Source: Mytilus trossulus (lineage: Eukaryota). Taken from it: DNA of 64,000 nucleotides. Made by a program: the position numbers and the translations under genes. The first letter of the stretch is position 1. Each line of letters starts with the position of its first letter. The stretch lies in assembly GCF_036588685.1 (NCBI RefSeq), contig NC_086381.1:58466001-58530000 (forward strand). Direction: 5' to 3'. The notes beneath the pieces were generated by a model, which saw nothing but the letters and a program-made list of their open reading frames with translations, was not told where the DNA came from and searched no databases. Positions 1-14,366 of this stretch are shown in pieces.

Positions 1-544
1 TACAAGATTCCTTGGACTCCATGGACTCTGATTAAGAATATTAAAAAATTTAAGCTCTCTGTCATCTCTCGTAGGTCATACATATATACATTGATATACA
101 AATGATATAGTTGTCTCATTGGCAATCATACCACATTTCCTTATTTTCATAAAAAAATCCCTTAAAAATATTGACATCAATTTAAGTTAAAACTACAGAC
201 TGGATAAAAAGTCATGAAAGTCTAACCTTCAAGAAAAAAAATCCACGCCAATTACAGCTATTACATGCTACAAGAGTTACGTAACAAAAACATGCCTCTA
301 AGACAGGCTTGAGGAAATAACAATAAAACATGCTTTGTTACGACACAACATATATATCTGGGAGGTAACAGACTGTCAAATACTACCATGCCAAATTTTA
401 CGTTTTCTGCCAACTGATTAAAAACCATGATAAATAAAGTCATCTATTATCTCGAAATTAAGCAGATTATTCAAAGAAGTAATCTACCAGCGATGGATCT
501 GATTAAACTCAATCTATAAATATATACATCAACAAAATCTCTAT

Positions 545-1030
545 TGATTCTGCAAGCTTACAATTACTTTTCTGGTTTTAAGATTTTTATATAAACAACA
601 TTTACAATGCATAGAAAATTTTGAAATATTGTGATTGTTCTTGGGTTAGCTTCAACTTGATAGTATAGATATCAAAGGTACTTTGATTCTGTATGACTTA
701 CAATTATTTTTCTGTTTTATGATGTTTTGAATGTATATATAGGAAATCTTGAATTATTGTGACCTTTGATTGTTCTTAGGTAAGCTTAGTTTCAACCTAA
801 ATTTATATAGATATCAAAGGTACTTAACCTTGTCAAATGCTCATGATGCTTGTTAGATGATTCTGTATGCTTAGAATTATTTTTCTTTTTATAATTTTTT
901 TAACATGTTGAACATGTTGAATGTTTCTACGAAATCCTGATATATCATGAAAATTGTAACATTTGCATTGATTTTCTTGGGTTAGCATAGCTTCAACCTA
1001 AACTTATAGATATCAAAAGCACTCAACATT
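545..1030. repeat. Degenerate tandem repeat, 3 units of about 140-190 bp
   Basis: Recurrent GATTCTG..TTACAATTA.TTTT, GATTGTTCTTGGGTTAGC and TAGATATCAAAGGTACT blocks. Confidence 0.7.
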
Positions 1031-1612
1031 GTTACAATGCTTGTTAAGATGTATTACAAAATATCTTGTATGGAAAGTGTAAACTTATGCACTGCCCAGA
1101 AAATTATAATACAGAATAAACATGGATTTTATTCAAAATTTCAGGCACAAGAAATTAAGGCAAAATCCATAATCAAAAATAATTCCAAGTTGAAATATTA
1201 GCATGTTAAATATGTATATACACCATCCTATTTAACTAAGAAAGAGGACATCAGTAATTTAGGAATGCCTATAGCTAGAGAAATAACACATCATGATCAA
1301 CTATTACTGAAAGCTGACAAATTATCTCCTTGTTGCACCTTGACAGCTTCACAAACGATCTTACATTGTAGGTAATTTACAAGAATTGACTGCTTTAGGC
1401 TTCAGTGAACATGTTACAGCCAAAACAACACAGATGTTAACCTACTTCTAAGACATCTAATAACTCAATTTCAAACATATCAAAAGTACCTGCAGGGTCT
1501 AATCTATGATTTTTAAGAAGGAGATGTGATCAACTTCTTGGACAAGTGGATTTCACTTATTGTCACGGTTACTTCATGTTTACTCATCCATCTATGGCAT
1601 GTATAGTATATA

Positions 1613-2599
1613 TGTTCCGGACCATATGAGTATTTGGACCATACGCGTATGGTCATGACCATATGTGTATACTCATATGGTCCGACCGTACGCGTATGGT
1701 CGGACCATATGAGTATTATACTCGTTTGGTTATTAACGGGCAGGACCATATGAGTATTTGGACCATATAGGTATTTTTTTCAAATATACAATAGAAATAA
1801 TACGTATTAATTTTACATTTCAAAAGCTACATAAAAATTAAATATTAATGGCACAGTCAGTTGATCTAAGTTTTCATCGCTAATTGTATTCGTGTATGCT
1901 TTTGTATACTTGAAATGGCATTCACACGGTACGATACATGTAGCTTTTCTGCGCGGATTGCATGTTTTGGCTGCGTGCAGGGATATCGACTCGGACAATT
2001 GCGATGTGTCTACGGTGTTAAGAAACTCTAGATCGTATAGATCTCCAATATTATAAAATGAATATCACAAATCAAATTAAATAAATTTAAGGCAGTAGCT
2101 ATTTCATGGCTCTTAAATGCTATTTTACCGGTCTTATAAACAACATTAAAATAGAAGTATAGAAATAAAGAATAGAAAAATAAGGAAACGTAGTACATAC
2201 ACTTTTAATATTTTACTTTTCAATAAATATCATGATCTTTAAAAAATATCATGATCCTTGCCGGTGATGTCACCTACTTTAAACAATAAAATTCCTTTTT
2301 ACACTATGTTCATCTGATTTTGACATCTTATAATTGTACTTACAAATAGTAAGCAATATTAATTGTGTGCAACTGTTTTGTTTTTTTTAAAGTTTTTTTA
2401 AATATATAATAAAATGACATTTTAGTGACGTAACAACCAGAAGCGTCACACCTAATGAAGAGTTTAAAAGTAGACGAGTTGATTACCCCGACCATACGCG
2501 TACAGTCCGACCATACGCGTATGGTCGGACCATATAGGTATATACCCATATGGTCATGACCATACGCGTATGGTCCAGATACTCATATGGTCCGGAACA
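1613..2599. mobile_element. MITE with long TIRs built from GACCATACGCGTATGGTC / CCATATGG palindromes, TA-flanked
   Basis: Left TGTTCCGGACCATATGAGTA..., right ...TACTCATATGGTCCGGAACA; about 100 bp of inverted similarity; TA on both sides. Confidence 0.85.
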
Positions 2600-2799
2600 T
2601 ATATATAAGCATGACAACCCATACATAAAGTTGTATAGGAACATAACTCAAGAACGGTAAAATTGATGCACCCAAATTTCGATCTTGATCTGAGTTGGGT
2701 GGTAAAAAGCCTATGTCAATGTATGTCCTGTGTTTGAATTTGTTTGTTAGCTTTTTGGTCATGAATGTTTGTCTCTTATATTTAATTAACTGTGCATTT

Positions 2800-3270
2800 G
2801 TATTTCAGATATCGCAGATCAAATTTATTCTTTCATTGTTTAATCATACGTATTTTGATTGAGTTAAGTCTGCCAATTGATATTTTATCGTATGTTTTTC
2901 TATGTTGTGATGTCAAGCTATTGTTTCAGAAAAAGGGAGAAGGTTTGGATCCATTAAAACGTTTAATCCAGCTGCAAATGTTTGCACCTGTCCTAAGTCA
3001 GGAATCTGATGTACAGTAGTTGTCGTTTGTTTATGTAATATATACGTGTTTCTCGTTTTGTTTATATACATTTGTAGATTAGACCGTTGGTTTTCCCGTT
3101 TGAATGGTTTTACACTAGTAATTTTGGGGCCCTTTATAGCTTGTTGTTCGGTGTGAGCCAAGGCTCCGTGTTGAAGGCCATACTTTAACCTATAATGGTT
3201 AACTTTTTAAATTGTTATTTGGATGGAGAGTTGTCTCATTGGCACTCACACCACATCTTCCTATATCTAT
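2800..3270 (+). repeat. Interspersed repeat (inverted near-identical copy about 17668-18090; partial copy about 8390-8543)
   Basis: Long matching sequence between copies, ending GAGTTGTCTCATTGGCACTCACACCACATCTTCCTATATCTAT. Confidence 0.85.
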
Positions 3271-4700
3271 TGAGTATAAATTTCATAACATTTGGTTGAA
3301 ACAAACTTAAGTTAGCGAACAGAAATGAAAAATTCTGCGATTTTTCCATTTGTAAAGGGGCATAACTCTAGAAAGGTAAAAGTGACACCACCTAAATTCA
3401 AACTTGATCTATGTTTTGTGGTAATAAGCATTGTATATAAGTTTCATAACAATTGGCGTAGGCAAACTAAAGTTCAGCAATTATTCCATTTGTAAACATG
3501 GTAAAGGGCATAACTCTAAGACAGTATAAATGATGCAACTAAAATTCAAAATGATCTGTGTTTTGTGGTAAAAAGCATTGGGTATAATATGAGTGTCATA
3601 ACATTTGGTTGAGGCAAATTTAAGTTGGAAAACCGAAACTAATTTTGAGAAGTACAGGCGGACAACTAAATGCCCCTCCACTAAGATGGGAGCTTAAAAC
3701 TCAATGCATAATTGAAAACATGTATTCTCGATAAAAAATTGAAAATAGAAAAGTACAGGGTTTTCATCAAGCTTGATTAACTAATTATAAACAACAATAC
3801 ATGTACACATATCAACACATGTACAACATCCATGCATACCTTGTGATTTTTTGACTGGCAGGCAAAAAAAGATAAATAATATATATCCATCATGCCCAAT
3901 ACGACTATAGATCTACAAATAACTTTGTCTAATGTGTCTATCCTAACATTTACATTACATTAAGCAATTTACTGTCTTAATTGTTATCAGCCCACAGCTA
4001 AAAGTTATGAAAGATGTAAATTGTTTTTGTTTTATTTATTTCAAACAGCAGCTGCTGCCATTAAAAAAATAGCATTATATAAATGTGTCATTTTTTTTCA
4101 AAATTTTAAGCGTGTTTAACAAATAAAGTTATGTAACATGGCAAGAAATGTAATGAAAGTTCCTCATTGAAAATTCAATCATACAAAAAAGAATCGGGGA
4201 CAAATAATATGACAGAAGAAAGCAACCTTTCCAAAACACATGGTTTGGTTAAGAGTTTATATTTTCAAAGCCTTATACATCATGTACATGTATGTCATGT
4301 ATGTAAAGATTTGTTACAAAAATTTATGAAGCAAGAATAAGTACTGTCATGACTGTTGTACAAATCATTTATCTTAAAGTCTCCCCCAATCACTTCATTT
4401 TTATAATTATAATCCCTTCAATGGTTTGTTGAAATTCTTCATTGAACCACAAATGCACCAAAGCTAAAATTACCATTGAAAGATCATTTTCTGATTGAGG
4501 TTTACCCTGGGCAAATCTTTCTCCCGACATTTAGTGTAAACTGTATGGTTTAAAGTTTTTATTGTCAGATTAATTACAATTTTCTGGTGAAAAAAAAGAG
4601 TGAAGCAGTAGGATTAAACTTTATCTGTTTACTCTGATGTGTCAAGCGTAATCCATATCAAGCTTTCAATGGTATTTTTAAACATAGTGTAAAGGAGTGC

Positions 4701-5838
4701 AAACTAGAGGCTCTAAAGAGCCTGTGTCGCTCACCTTGGTCTATGTGAATAATAAACAAAGGAAGCAGATTGAAAATTGACTACAAAGGTCAATAACTCC
4801 TACAGGGGTCAATTGACCATTTCGGTCATGTTGACTTATTAGTAGATCTTACTTTGCTGAACATTATTGCTGTTTACAGTTTACCATATCTATAATAATA
4901 TTCAATATAATATTCAAAATCAGCAAAATTTCCTTAAAATTACCAAATCAGGGGCAGCAACCCAAAATCAGGTTGTCCAATTCATCTGAAAATTTCAGGG
5001 AAGATAGATCTTCACCTGATAAACAATTTTACACCCTGTCAGATTTGCTCTGAATGCTTTGGTTTTTGAGTTATAAGCCAAAAACTGCATTTTACCCCTA
5101 TGTTGTGTTTTTAGACATGGTAGCCATCTTGGTTGGTGTGCCGGGTCACCGGAAACAATTTTTAAACAATGATGATTGTGGCCAAGTTTCAAATAATTTG
5201 GCCCAGCAGTTTCAGAGGAGAAGATTTTTCTAAAAGATTACTAAGATTTACGAAAAATGGTTAAAAATTGACTATAAAGGGCAATAACTCCTAAAGTGGT
5301 CAATTGACCATTTTGGTCATGTTGACTTATTTGTAGATCTTACTTTGCTGAACATTATTGCTGTTTACAGTTTATCTCTATCTAAAATAATATTCAAGAT
5401 ATTAACCAAAAACAACAGAATTTCCTTAAAATTACCAATTCAGGGGCAGCAACCTAACAACGGAATGTCAGATTCATCTGAAAATTGCAGGGCAGATAGA
5501 TCTTAAACTGATTAACAATATTACCTTGTCAGATTTGCTCTAAATGCTTTGGTTTTTGAGTTATAAGCCAAAAACTGCATTTTACCCCTATGTTCTATTT
5601 ATAGCCATGGCGGCCATCTTGGTTAGTTGGCAGGGTCACGGGACACAATTTTTAAACTAGATACCCCAATGATGATTGTGGCCAAGTTTGGTTAAATTTG
5701 GCCTAGTAGTTTCAGAGGAGAAGATTTTTGTAAAAGTTAACGCCGGACGCAGGACGACGCCGGAAGCCGGACGTCGGACGCCGGATGCCAAGTGATGAGA
5801 AAAGCTCACTTGGCCCTTTGGGCCAGGTGAGCTAAAAA
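4701..5838 (+). mobile_element. Helentron-associated (HINE/DINE-like) non-autonomous element with internal ~490-bp tandem duplication
   Basis: 5' AACTAGAGGCTCTAAAGAGCC hairpin; two core copies (AAAATTGACTA.AAAGG.CAATAACTCC near 4773 and 5264); (GACGCCG)-like microsatellite; 3' palindrome AGCTCACTTGGCCCTTTGGGCCAGGTGAGCT; A-run flanks. Confidence 0.75.
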
Positions 5839-6012
5839 CAACCTACTCAGTGTTCCCCAAGGATCTTACTAGCACCATCATGGTACTATTTTTTTCCCTA
5901 TGGTAATTTATTAATATGCTGTAAATTTAGGGGAAAGTGTTACTACATATATCCCATGTTGCTATTTGAAAATATAAATAAAGACACGGCTTCTACTGTT
6001 TCTACTTTTTAC

Positions 6013-6413
6013 CTTTTGGTTGTCTTCTAGCACTAAATGAATGGATGTCCATTGGTGAATATATATCTCTAAGTATAACTCTCCGATTACTACCGGTAAT
6101 TTTATCACAGGAATTAATAGACCGATCCTTCCAATCGGTCCAGTATAACGTCCGATCGTACAATGTCAAAGCAAACGGGTGAGGTAGTTCCCCTTCAACG
6201 ACCACACGGCGATCAGAACCATCGAATTTACAACTATGTATGAAAGCATTTTTAGCGTCCGCCCAATAAATTTGTGAATCTTCATAATCTAACGTAAGTC
6301 CATTTGGCCAATGAATATTATCCTTTATAATGACAGATCGATGTGCATGGGTTCCGTCCATTCCAGCTCGTTCTATTTTTGGTGTCTCTCCCCAGTCAGT
6401 CCAATACATGTAC
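6013..6413 (-). CDS. LRP6: LRP5/6 (arrow) coding exon 3, rest of beta-propeller 1; gene continues beyond the left window edge
   Basis: Acceptor TTACCAG|G is phase-compatible with exon 2 (GG+G=Gly). Translates [20 protein letters not shown]...WPNGLTLD...LPHPFALTL...LYWTDW...[14 protein letters not shown], then donor AAAG|GTAAAA. No further exon was recognised in 1-6000. Confidence 0.93.
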
Positions 6414-6775
6414 CTGGTAACATAAGATTGTTTATATAATATGTAGCTCTTAACATACTTAACTGTTAACATAAGATAATTAATACAATACTTAACTGTT
6501 AACATAAGTTTGTTAATATAATACCTAACTGTTAATATAAGATAGTTAAAATATTACTTAGCTGTTAAAAGTACATGCACAGCAAAACACTGAGAGCAAA
6601 GGAACAGCAGATATTTTAATGGAAATCGTCTTTTGGTATTGAGTATGTTTATAAATAAATATAGAGTTGAAAATATGATTATGTCAATAACTTTAATCAA
6701 GAGTTATCTCCCTGTTTTTCAGTCTTCGCCTGAAAACGCTAGATCTAAGTCATGTATTTGTCTTGATAAACTTAC

Positions 6776-7169
6776 CCATTTAATGGATCCAGTGCAATAG
6801 CTCTTGGTTGGTCAAGGTCATTCCAATAAAGAACCTTTCTGTAACTTCCATCCAAGTTGGCCACTTCAATTCTTTTAGTTTCTGAGTCGGTCCAGTATAT
6901 CTTTCGACCCAACCAATCAACAGCCAGACCGTCTGGAGAGATGAGACCTGTTGTTATGACATTTACCGTAATTTCCGAGCCGTTAAACCATGTCCTTTTG
7001 ATCATTTCCTGGCTGACGTCAGTAAAGAAAACCGATCTGTCCTCATAAAGGAAATCCACTGCTGCTGCATCCTCGAGGTTTCCAGCGACAACAGTGGAAT
7101 TACCTCGAGAATTGTTCCCGTCCACCATTCTAACATCTTTACGATTGGCAAAAAGCAGCAAGGGACTTC
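6776..7169 (-). CDS. LRP6: LRP5/6 (arrow) coding exon 2, first YWTD beta-propeller (N-terminal half)
   Basis: Acceptor TTTTCAG|GA and donor AATGG|GTAAG. Translates [16 protein letters not shown]...LEDAAAVDF...[52 protein letters not shown], the characteristic LRP5/6 propeller 1 sequence. Confidence 0.93.
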
Positions 7170-7249
7170 CTGAAAATATATAGAAATCGTTTAATTGAAT
7201 TTAAATATATTTATTCATAGTGGAATGGGAAACAAATTTTTTCAGCTTT

Positions 7250-7460
7250 AATTAATCCCTTCCCACTTTGCAGATGCGAGTGCTGCCTTGTAGCAGCATT
7301 AGCCTGCTCTTTTTTTCAAAATTTACAAGGGTGTCTTTTATCATATTTATGTGCAAGAGATATGGATCTCTCTTAACATTGGTCAGCCATTTATTGGTCC
7401 CTTCCGAAGGACTATCATCGTCTCCTTAAGACCATACTCACAAATGGTGTCAAGGGAGAG
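7250..7460 (-). mobile_element. SINE fragment with Deu/Nin-like core
   Basis: Minus strand TCCTTCGGAAGGGAC...TCTCTTGCAC...AAAGACACCCTTG resembles the Deu/Nin domain as recalled; not aligned. Confidence 0.45.
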
Positions 7461-10400
7461 TTTTAACAATTGTGTTTTTTAAATAACATGTCTAAATAAC
7501 AAGCTTCAAAGAAACAAAATGGGAAGGATGAACAGAAAAAGCGGACAGTTTTTAAAGAATAATCTATGGAGTAGAAATCAGAGATTTGATAATTTCAAGA
7601 CAAAAATTTATGTTGGTTTTTCCCTGATTTTATGTGCTTTCTATACAATTGTTCATGCATTCTTAAAGAATTCAATCAGTTATATTTCAAATGATACATG
7701 TGTAAATGAGATAAATGCATTATTTTTTATTTTTTCAGTTGTAGTTTATTGAGCCAGACAGCCAGATTTGGATGCAAAATTTTACCAAAATATGTGACAT
7801 AGCCCATATACTATAAATCGACCTTAAGACTTTTTCCCACCTATGCATTCCATTGGTACTGTAATACTTTTGTTTCATTAATTGAAATTTGGTATTTGGT
7901 CTTCAGAGAGTTAACTTTTCAAATCCATCTCAATTAAAATTCATGACAAACAGAAAAAAACATAAATTAGAAAAATGCACCTAATGCAACTGATAAAAAC
8001 ATTGTGTGTCAAAAATTTCAACTATATTTGACATTACTTTCTTATTCATGTTATAACTTATTCTAATTAAAACTAAGATTTAAATAACTGTTTTGAAATT
8101 TGTTAAAAGCTAAATACAATTCTTTAATTTAATTTTAACTCTTAATTACATTCAACATGTTAAGTTGTCAGGATTTTTTCAGCATGCCATTTTACATCAA
8201 TTTCAAAAGAACCCCAATACAATAATAACTAATGTAACTGGTGGTCAAATTTCACCACATTTTTTACACAATAGATCAATTCTTTTTATGTATTATATTA
8301 CATGTATTACAGGTGTGGGCCCTGTTTAAGAGAGAGCTAAATAGTATATATAATAAAACAAATTCATTTCTTAGTACACATACATGTATAATTTCGGGGC
8401 CCTTTATAGCTTGTTGTTTGGTGTGAGCCAAGGCTCTGTGTTGAAGGCCCTACCTTGACCTATAATGGTTTACTTTTATAAATTGTTATTTGGATGGAGA
8501 GTTGTCTCACTGTCACTCATACCACATCTTCATATATATCTATAAAGACCCAATTAAATGACTGTAAAAATTTATACACATCATACAATGATATCATAAG
8601 GGTTGAAATATTCACCAAAAAAATGGACTCCTGATGCATCAAAATTTATAAAGTTGGGAGTACAATGTACCAACTTGCTCAGCCCACTACACACATGACA
8701 TTTATTATTATTTATTTGATTTACAGTGGCAAATATTCCATGCATTTTCAGTTTTTGGTGGGTTCGTCTTGCTTAGTCTTTAGTTTTCTATGTAACAAGT
8801 GTATTGTGTACTTTTATTTGTCTGTTTGTCTTTTTCTATGTTAGCCATGGCATTGTCAGTTAATTTTTTGATATGAGTTGACTTTCCCTTTGGTATCTTT
8901 GACCCCTCTTTCAGGACATTAACATATAAACACTAAATTCTATAACAGTGGTTCAACTGGATCGGGCATTGGAAATTCCCAATTGCAACGCCACTGGAAA
9001 ATGAGGGAATAAGTTTAACTGTAAGACCCTTACCACATGTGTACATGTACCGGTATGTTAAAGGTATACATGTGTAAAATAAAATATGTATAGGTCCAAT
9101 AAATATGACACTTACCCATTTCAAGTTTGTTTACACATAATTGAGACGTGTTTCTGGCACTTTTACCATGTTTACCTGCTTTTAAATATCTAAAGTACAC
9201 GTCCCCTCACATTACTGAATCTATTTGAAGAGATTTACGACTTTCCAATAGCCTTTTATTGTCCTGTATTAATGGTATGTAAAATTTGTTCCCTTTTTTT
9301 CCACCCAACACAATGTATACATGCATATGTTTGTAAATGCATGAAAGGGTTACATGTACCTTGCAGATTTAACTTTAAACTTATAATGTCATAAATGTAA
9401 ACAAATTATAAAAAGTCTCTTTTATCATGTTAATACATTTTAAAATGAACAGTGGGCTACAGAATAATTTGGCATCCAACAAGAAGTTAGCCTCCTCGTG
9501 GCGTATAAGATTTTGTGATTACTAATGGCCATTATTATAGTGATTATTTCTTAACCAGACCAAATATGTCATAAAAATTTGATTAGTTGATTATAAAGTG
9601 GGGATCGTGGTTTTGTGGGAACCCCCCTTAATTTTTTTACCAACAATGCATTAGAATCGGGACATAGGGTTTGAACCCCTACCTCTATTTCCCCCAAAAA
9701 AACCTTCCCTCTGTATCAATAAATGAGCCTGAATACCAAACACATTAAATAAAGTCATATTAAATAAATAAGTCTAGCAATTAAAAAATATTTCATTTCT
9801 CCATAAGAAACCCCTGTACGAAAGTACATTGACTATGTATACCCATGAGGGTCTTACAGGGTTAGGAATTTATAAAAGTCCACACTTTTTTGTAAAGCAC
9901 TCTTGTTTCTTAGTGTATCAGCTAATACCTCAATCTCTCCTTAGTTATGTTAGAAAATGTAGATATAAATATTCTTGTCATGAGATGTAAATAACCATGC
10001 CATAGATATATATATATACTTTCTTTAACAAGACTCTGTAAGACACCAGGACTTAGATGAACTTTGTTTTGACACCTGACAGACAAACAAACACCTGTCA
10101 ATCATCCCTGCCATACCTTTACAGGTGACAATAATTACAATTAGCAATTAATTTAAATATTACATCAGACAGATCTCCTTACTGGCAATACACAGCCGTG
10201 AATAAGTAGATAAGTCTGGGATATTTCTCCTGGCGATAAATCAATGGCAGATTTTAACTTGAAGGTGGTTTTGATTTAAGACGTTAGGTTAAAATTTAAA
10301 CTTATGTTATCACTTACAATTTTGTGAAAAAATTTAATATTGCAATGAATATATTAATACAATGAACATGATGAAGGATTTATTATAAAATGTGGTTTCA

Positions 10401-10660
10401 AATATTTTAGGATTAAAATAATAATCTTATTATATATCATGTAATTCTCCTCAAGTTTCATGATAAAGGAAAAAAATTATAAAATATATATCTTGTTAAA
10501 ATACAATGGACTTGAGTTAAATTAGTGGGTCTTTCAACATAATTTAGGTGTTAAAGTTTTATCATGTTTATCTGGAATGAAAATTGATATAAAAATAAAT
10601 CAGAAAATTAAAAATACCTTTGCTCAAAACAATTTTGTTTCTTCAATTTAATTCTTTAAT

Positions 10661-10946
10661 AAACAAGAATGTGTTCATTGTACATGAATGCCCGACTCCT
10701 CATCATTTTCTATGTTCAGTGGACCGTGAAATTGGAGTAAAAAATCTAATTTGACATTTAAATAAGAAAGATCATCATATCATACTGAACAAGTGTACTA
10801 AGTTGCAAGTTGATTGGACTTTGACTTCATGAAAAACTACCTTGACCAAAAACTTTAACCTGTTGCGGGACAGAGGGCTGACCAGACTAACAGCCCCACA
10901 GACCAGAAAACAAAATACCCCTCTACTATCGTAGGTGGGGCATAAA
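10661..10946 (+). mobile_element. Short HINE-like interspersed element (other copies 36912-37205 + strand; 54090-55591 - strand, split by a hAT MITE)
   Basis: AACAAGAATGTGT...GTGTACTAAGTT...AAAAACTACCTTGACCAAAAAC...TACTATCGTAGGTGGGGCATAAA shared between copies. Confidence 0.75.
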
Positions 10947-12354
10947 GAAAACAAGATGCAACATCCATGTGAACACACAATATCCTTGTGGTCCAATATT
11001 TCCGAAATACCATTGTCCATTTACTTTATTATCTGGTTAACATACAGATTCAGAGGTGGATTCAGACATTTATATACATGTAAGGGGGTTCCCAACCCAG
11101 GATAAAGGGTGGTTCCAACATTATGTCCCTATTTAAATGCGTTGATTGTCTAAAAAAAAAAAGGGGTTCCAACCCCCCTCTGGATCTGCAACTGAGATTA
11201 GGTCTTATGTATGTATACGTATCTTTCTTCTCTTATTTCTAGAACATGTAGTGTTAAGACTAAGTTTTGTAACTTTTAAACAATTGATCTTAGACTTATT
11301 GTTGCATTGCTGTCTCATTTGGGATAAACTGCCTTTTTCAATATATACCAGCTGTTTGATCATATACAGATTTGTAAAACCTATTGAATTTGACCTTGCT
11401 GTCCGACGAAACAGAAAATGAACTTTCAATGCTATTTTTAAACACCATGTAAAGGAAAAAGATAATAAATTTAAACAGACAATGTACAAATGTAATATTA
11501 ACAAGGATACTATATTTAAAACAAGATCATTAATACATTTGTCACTTGGGGGTTGACAAAGTACAATTTCATTAGTAGAGGCTTAATGTCCACCCAATGA
11601 CAACATATGAGACACTTAAGCTAATCAGAAAGAAACTGTTTAATCAAGTGTCGAAACTGTCATGTGGCTGGCAGATTATTTACTATAGCTTGAAATGATG
11701 TTATTAATTTGTTTACCTAGATCTTAAGCCAACAGAAATTTCTGCTTATCAAATATCGGTACAATCATGACAATGCTGACTTCAGTGTTCACTACATACT
11801 GCACGGTGCAAGTTTATGGCCTATTCTAATTTTACGACATGTATGGGTTTAGATAGGGTGGGGACAGTGGCGGATCCATAAATTTTTATAGGGGGGCCCA
11901 CTGACTGCCCTAAGTGGGTATATTTTTAGCAATTCTTCATCTTAGTCAAACACTTGTACAGTCAGTCCAAAAACCAAAGTACATGTACATGTAGGTCCAT
12001 TAATTTAGAATGTTGTGGACCAGTGTGGTGGTTCTGATGGTCAACTTAAAGTTTGTAATAGTTCTAAATCTTTCAAGGCTTTCCTGTATCTAATTTAGGT
12101 CCTACATTTGTAAGTATAATGTACATCACAGTACATGATGCCAGTGATTTATGACCCCAGCCCCAATAAAAGCCAAGCATTTAATGCCAGGCATACAAGA
12201 AGCTGATGATTCTTCAGACCATGTCTCAGTGTGTACTGTACGTACCAGTAGTCTGGGGCATCAAACTAGTGGCTAACCCTGAAACTTTGGGACCAGAGAA
12301 AAGAAAGATAATCTTTGAATTGACATGAATGAGGTTCAAAATTCATAGATTCAA

Positions 12355-12522
12355 AGCATCACATGGTCCATGTTTACAACCCTAGAGGACCTTGACTTTT
12401 CTGATGATATAGCAATCCTGTCATCAAAACAAGACAATATGCATGAAATCTTGTGGCGACCTTGTGCTCTGCCAGGAATGAAGAGGATAGGTAGGTACAA
12501 ATGTAGGTAGGTAGGTAGGTAG
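12355..12522 (+). mobile_element. Internally deleted RTE-type LINE relic
   Basis: ITWSMFTTLEDLDFSDDIAILSSKQDNMHE (RTE RT catalytic region) joined to an RTE-like 3' end (LCSARNEEDR*) and a (TAGG)n tail. Confidence 0.7.
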
Positions 12523-14366
12523 ATATTACAGAAAATGGGACATAAAATAGGTCAACCTAACCAGACAGATTTCTGTTTAAGACAAGTGACCCTTTAAAAC
12601 AAGGTTGACTGATGTAGGAAATTTGTGTATTGCAAATGAAATCAAAAGCTATACATTTTAGCAACATAATGTGCATGTATACTACATGTAAGTTATAACC
12701 CAATATATATACCATGTATACGTAATCATACATTACCACAAATCAATTCATAACCAAACCAGGACAGAAAGACGCACAGACAGGAAGAAACATAAGCCTC
12801 TACTTTAATACATTGTACATGTAGGTGGGGCATAAAAAGTTACTATCTGTATGGAAACTGAAGTTTTATAAAAGTCAGACATCACATCAGAATTTCAACA
12901 TTTCATGTGCACTAGTCAGAATAATTTTGAATGTAAATGTATTGTCAGAAGATGTGTGGTATACAATGGAATAGGTTAATATTTATAAATGAGACATCCC
13001 CCAAGGGTGACTGGGTTATAAAAATATGGTCACTTGGTCTTCTCCCGACCGGCAGTCAAACGCTTGCCAAAGTTTGGCTGTGCGGGATGTATCAAGTTCG
13101 CAGTCACGTCCGGTCAGAACGGCACCCTAACAACAACCTAACAAGTTGATCATAGGCTTAAACTATTGTCGAGATATAGCCAAGGTAGCTTTAAATCTAA
13201 AAGGTCTTTAAAATCTAAAAGGTCAGCTGAAAGACGCCTACTGCTGCGGGAATTTCTCGCTGTATTGAATAACTATTGGTGACCTTCTGCTATTGTCTGT
13301 TTATATGGTCGGGTTGTTGTCTCTTTGACCAAATCCCAATTTCCATTTTCAATTTTATTTGCCACCAACACTTTTGTGCAGCTTGTGCTTGCATTGCCTT
13401 GCAAATTCTAAATCTTTTACAAGTTCTCCAATATATTCTATGATATGAAGAGTTACATTGCAACTGTAGTTATACATGTAAATACAATGACACAAACAAG
13501 ATTTTATGGCCTGTCAATAAGTTATTATTTTATTATATGAACAGAGGCGGATTTTGTCCCCCCCCCCTTTTTCCTGGGAAAAATTTGATTGATTATATAG
13601 TGTATCACTGAAGCATGACCGGAGCATGCCCCCTCTTAGGCAGTCAGTGTGCCTGCTCTTATGAAAATTTCTGGTTCTGCCACTGCAGAAGATGGACATG
13701 ATGGATGGAATGATGACTGGCTGGGAGTATAACAAGACAAAACAGAGAAATTTTTATCACAAAACTCTGGCTTCTAGAAAGCTGACACAGCAAAAAAAAT
13801 CCTTTACATATTCTATAAGAATGTTTTAATTGTTTGGCCTAAAACTTAAATGGGTCTGTGAATCTAGTGTTAATGGAGGGTATAGAGCTATATGTTGCTG
13901 TATCCTGATGTATAGGAAGGGATCTGAATTTAACAACCAAAAAACAATAACATGAATAAGTCTAAATTTATTAAGTCCTTTAGGTCATGTAGGTTAACTG
14001 TTGACAGACCTAAAATTGCATACAATATTTAGAAGGTAGCAACAATAATCTCACATTCCTCTTTAAATCTATTTCTGCATAAATTTTGAATATAAATAAA
14101 AAATAACTATATTGATTCATTCTTTTGATTCATGAAAAAAAGTTAACCTATTAAACAGAACACCACCAAGTAGGCCTATATCACTGTTTGAGTAAATCAA
14201 GAGGGACAGAGAGAACGGTCACGTGACCAAACAGGGAATTTGTGTATTGCCCTAAAACACATTTTGTTTACTTTACAAATCCACAATTTAAGACATTCTT
14301 TCATGTTTACAAACATATTTAAGTTAAAAACATTGTGAAATGATAATTGTGTTTGAGTTTAAAATG

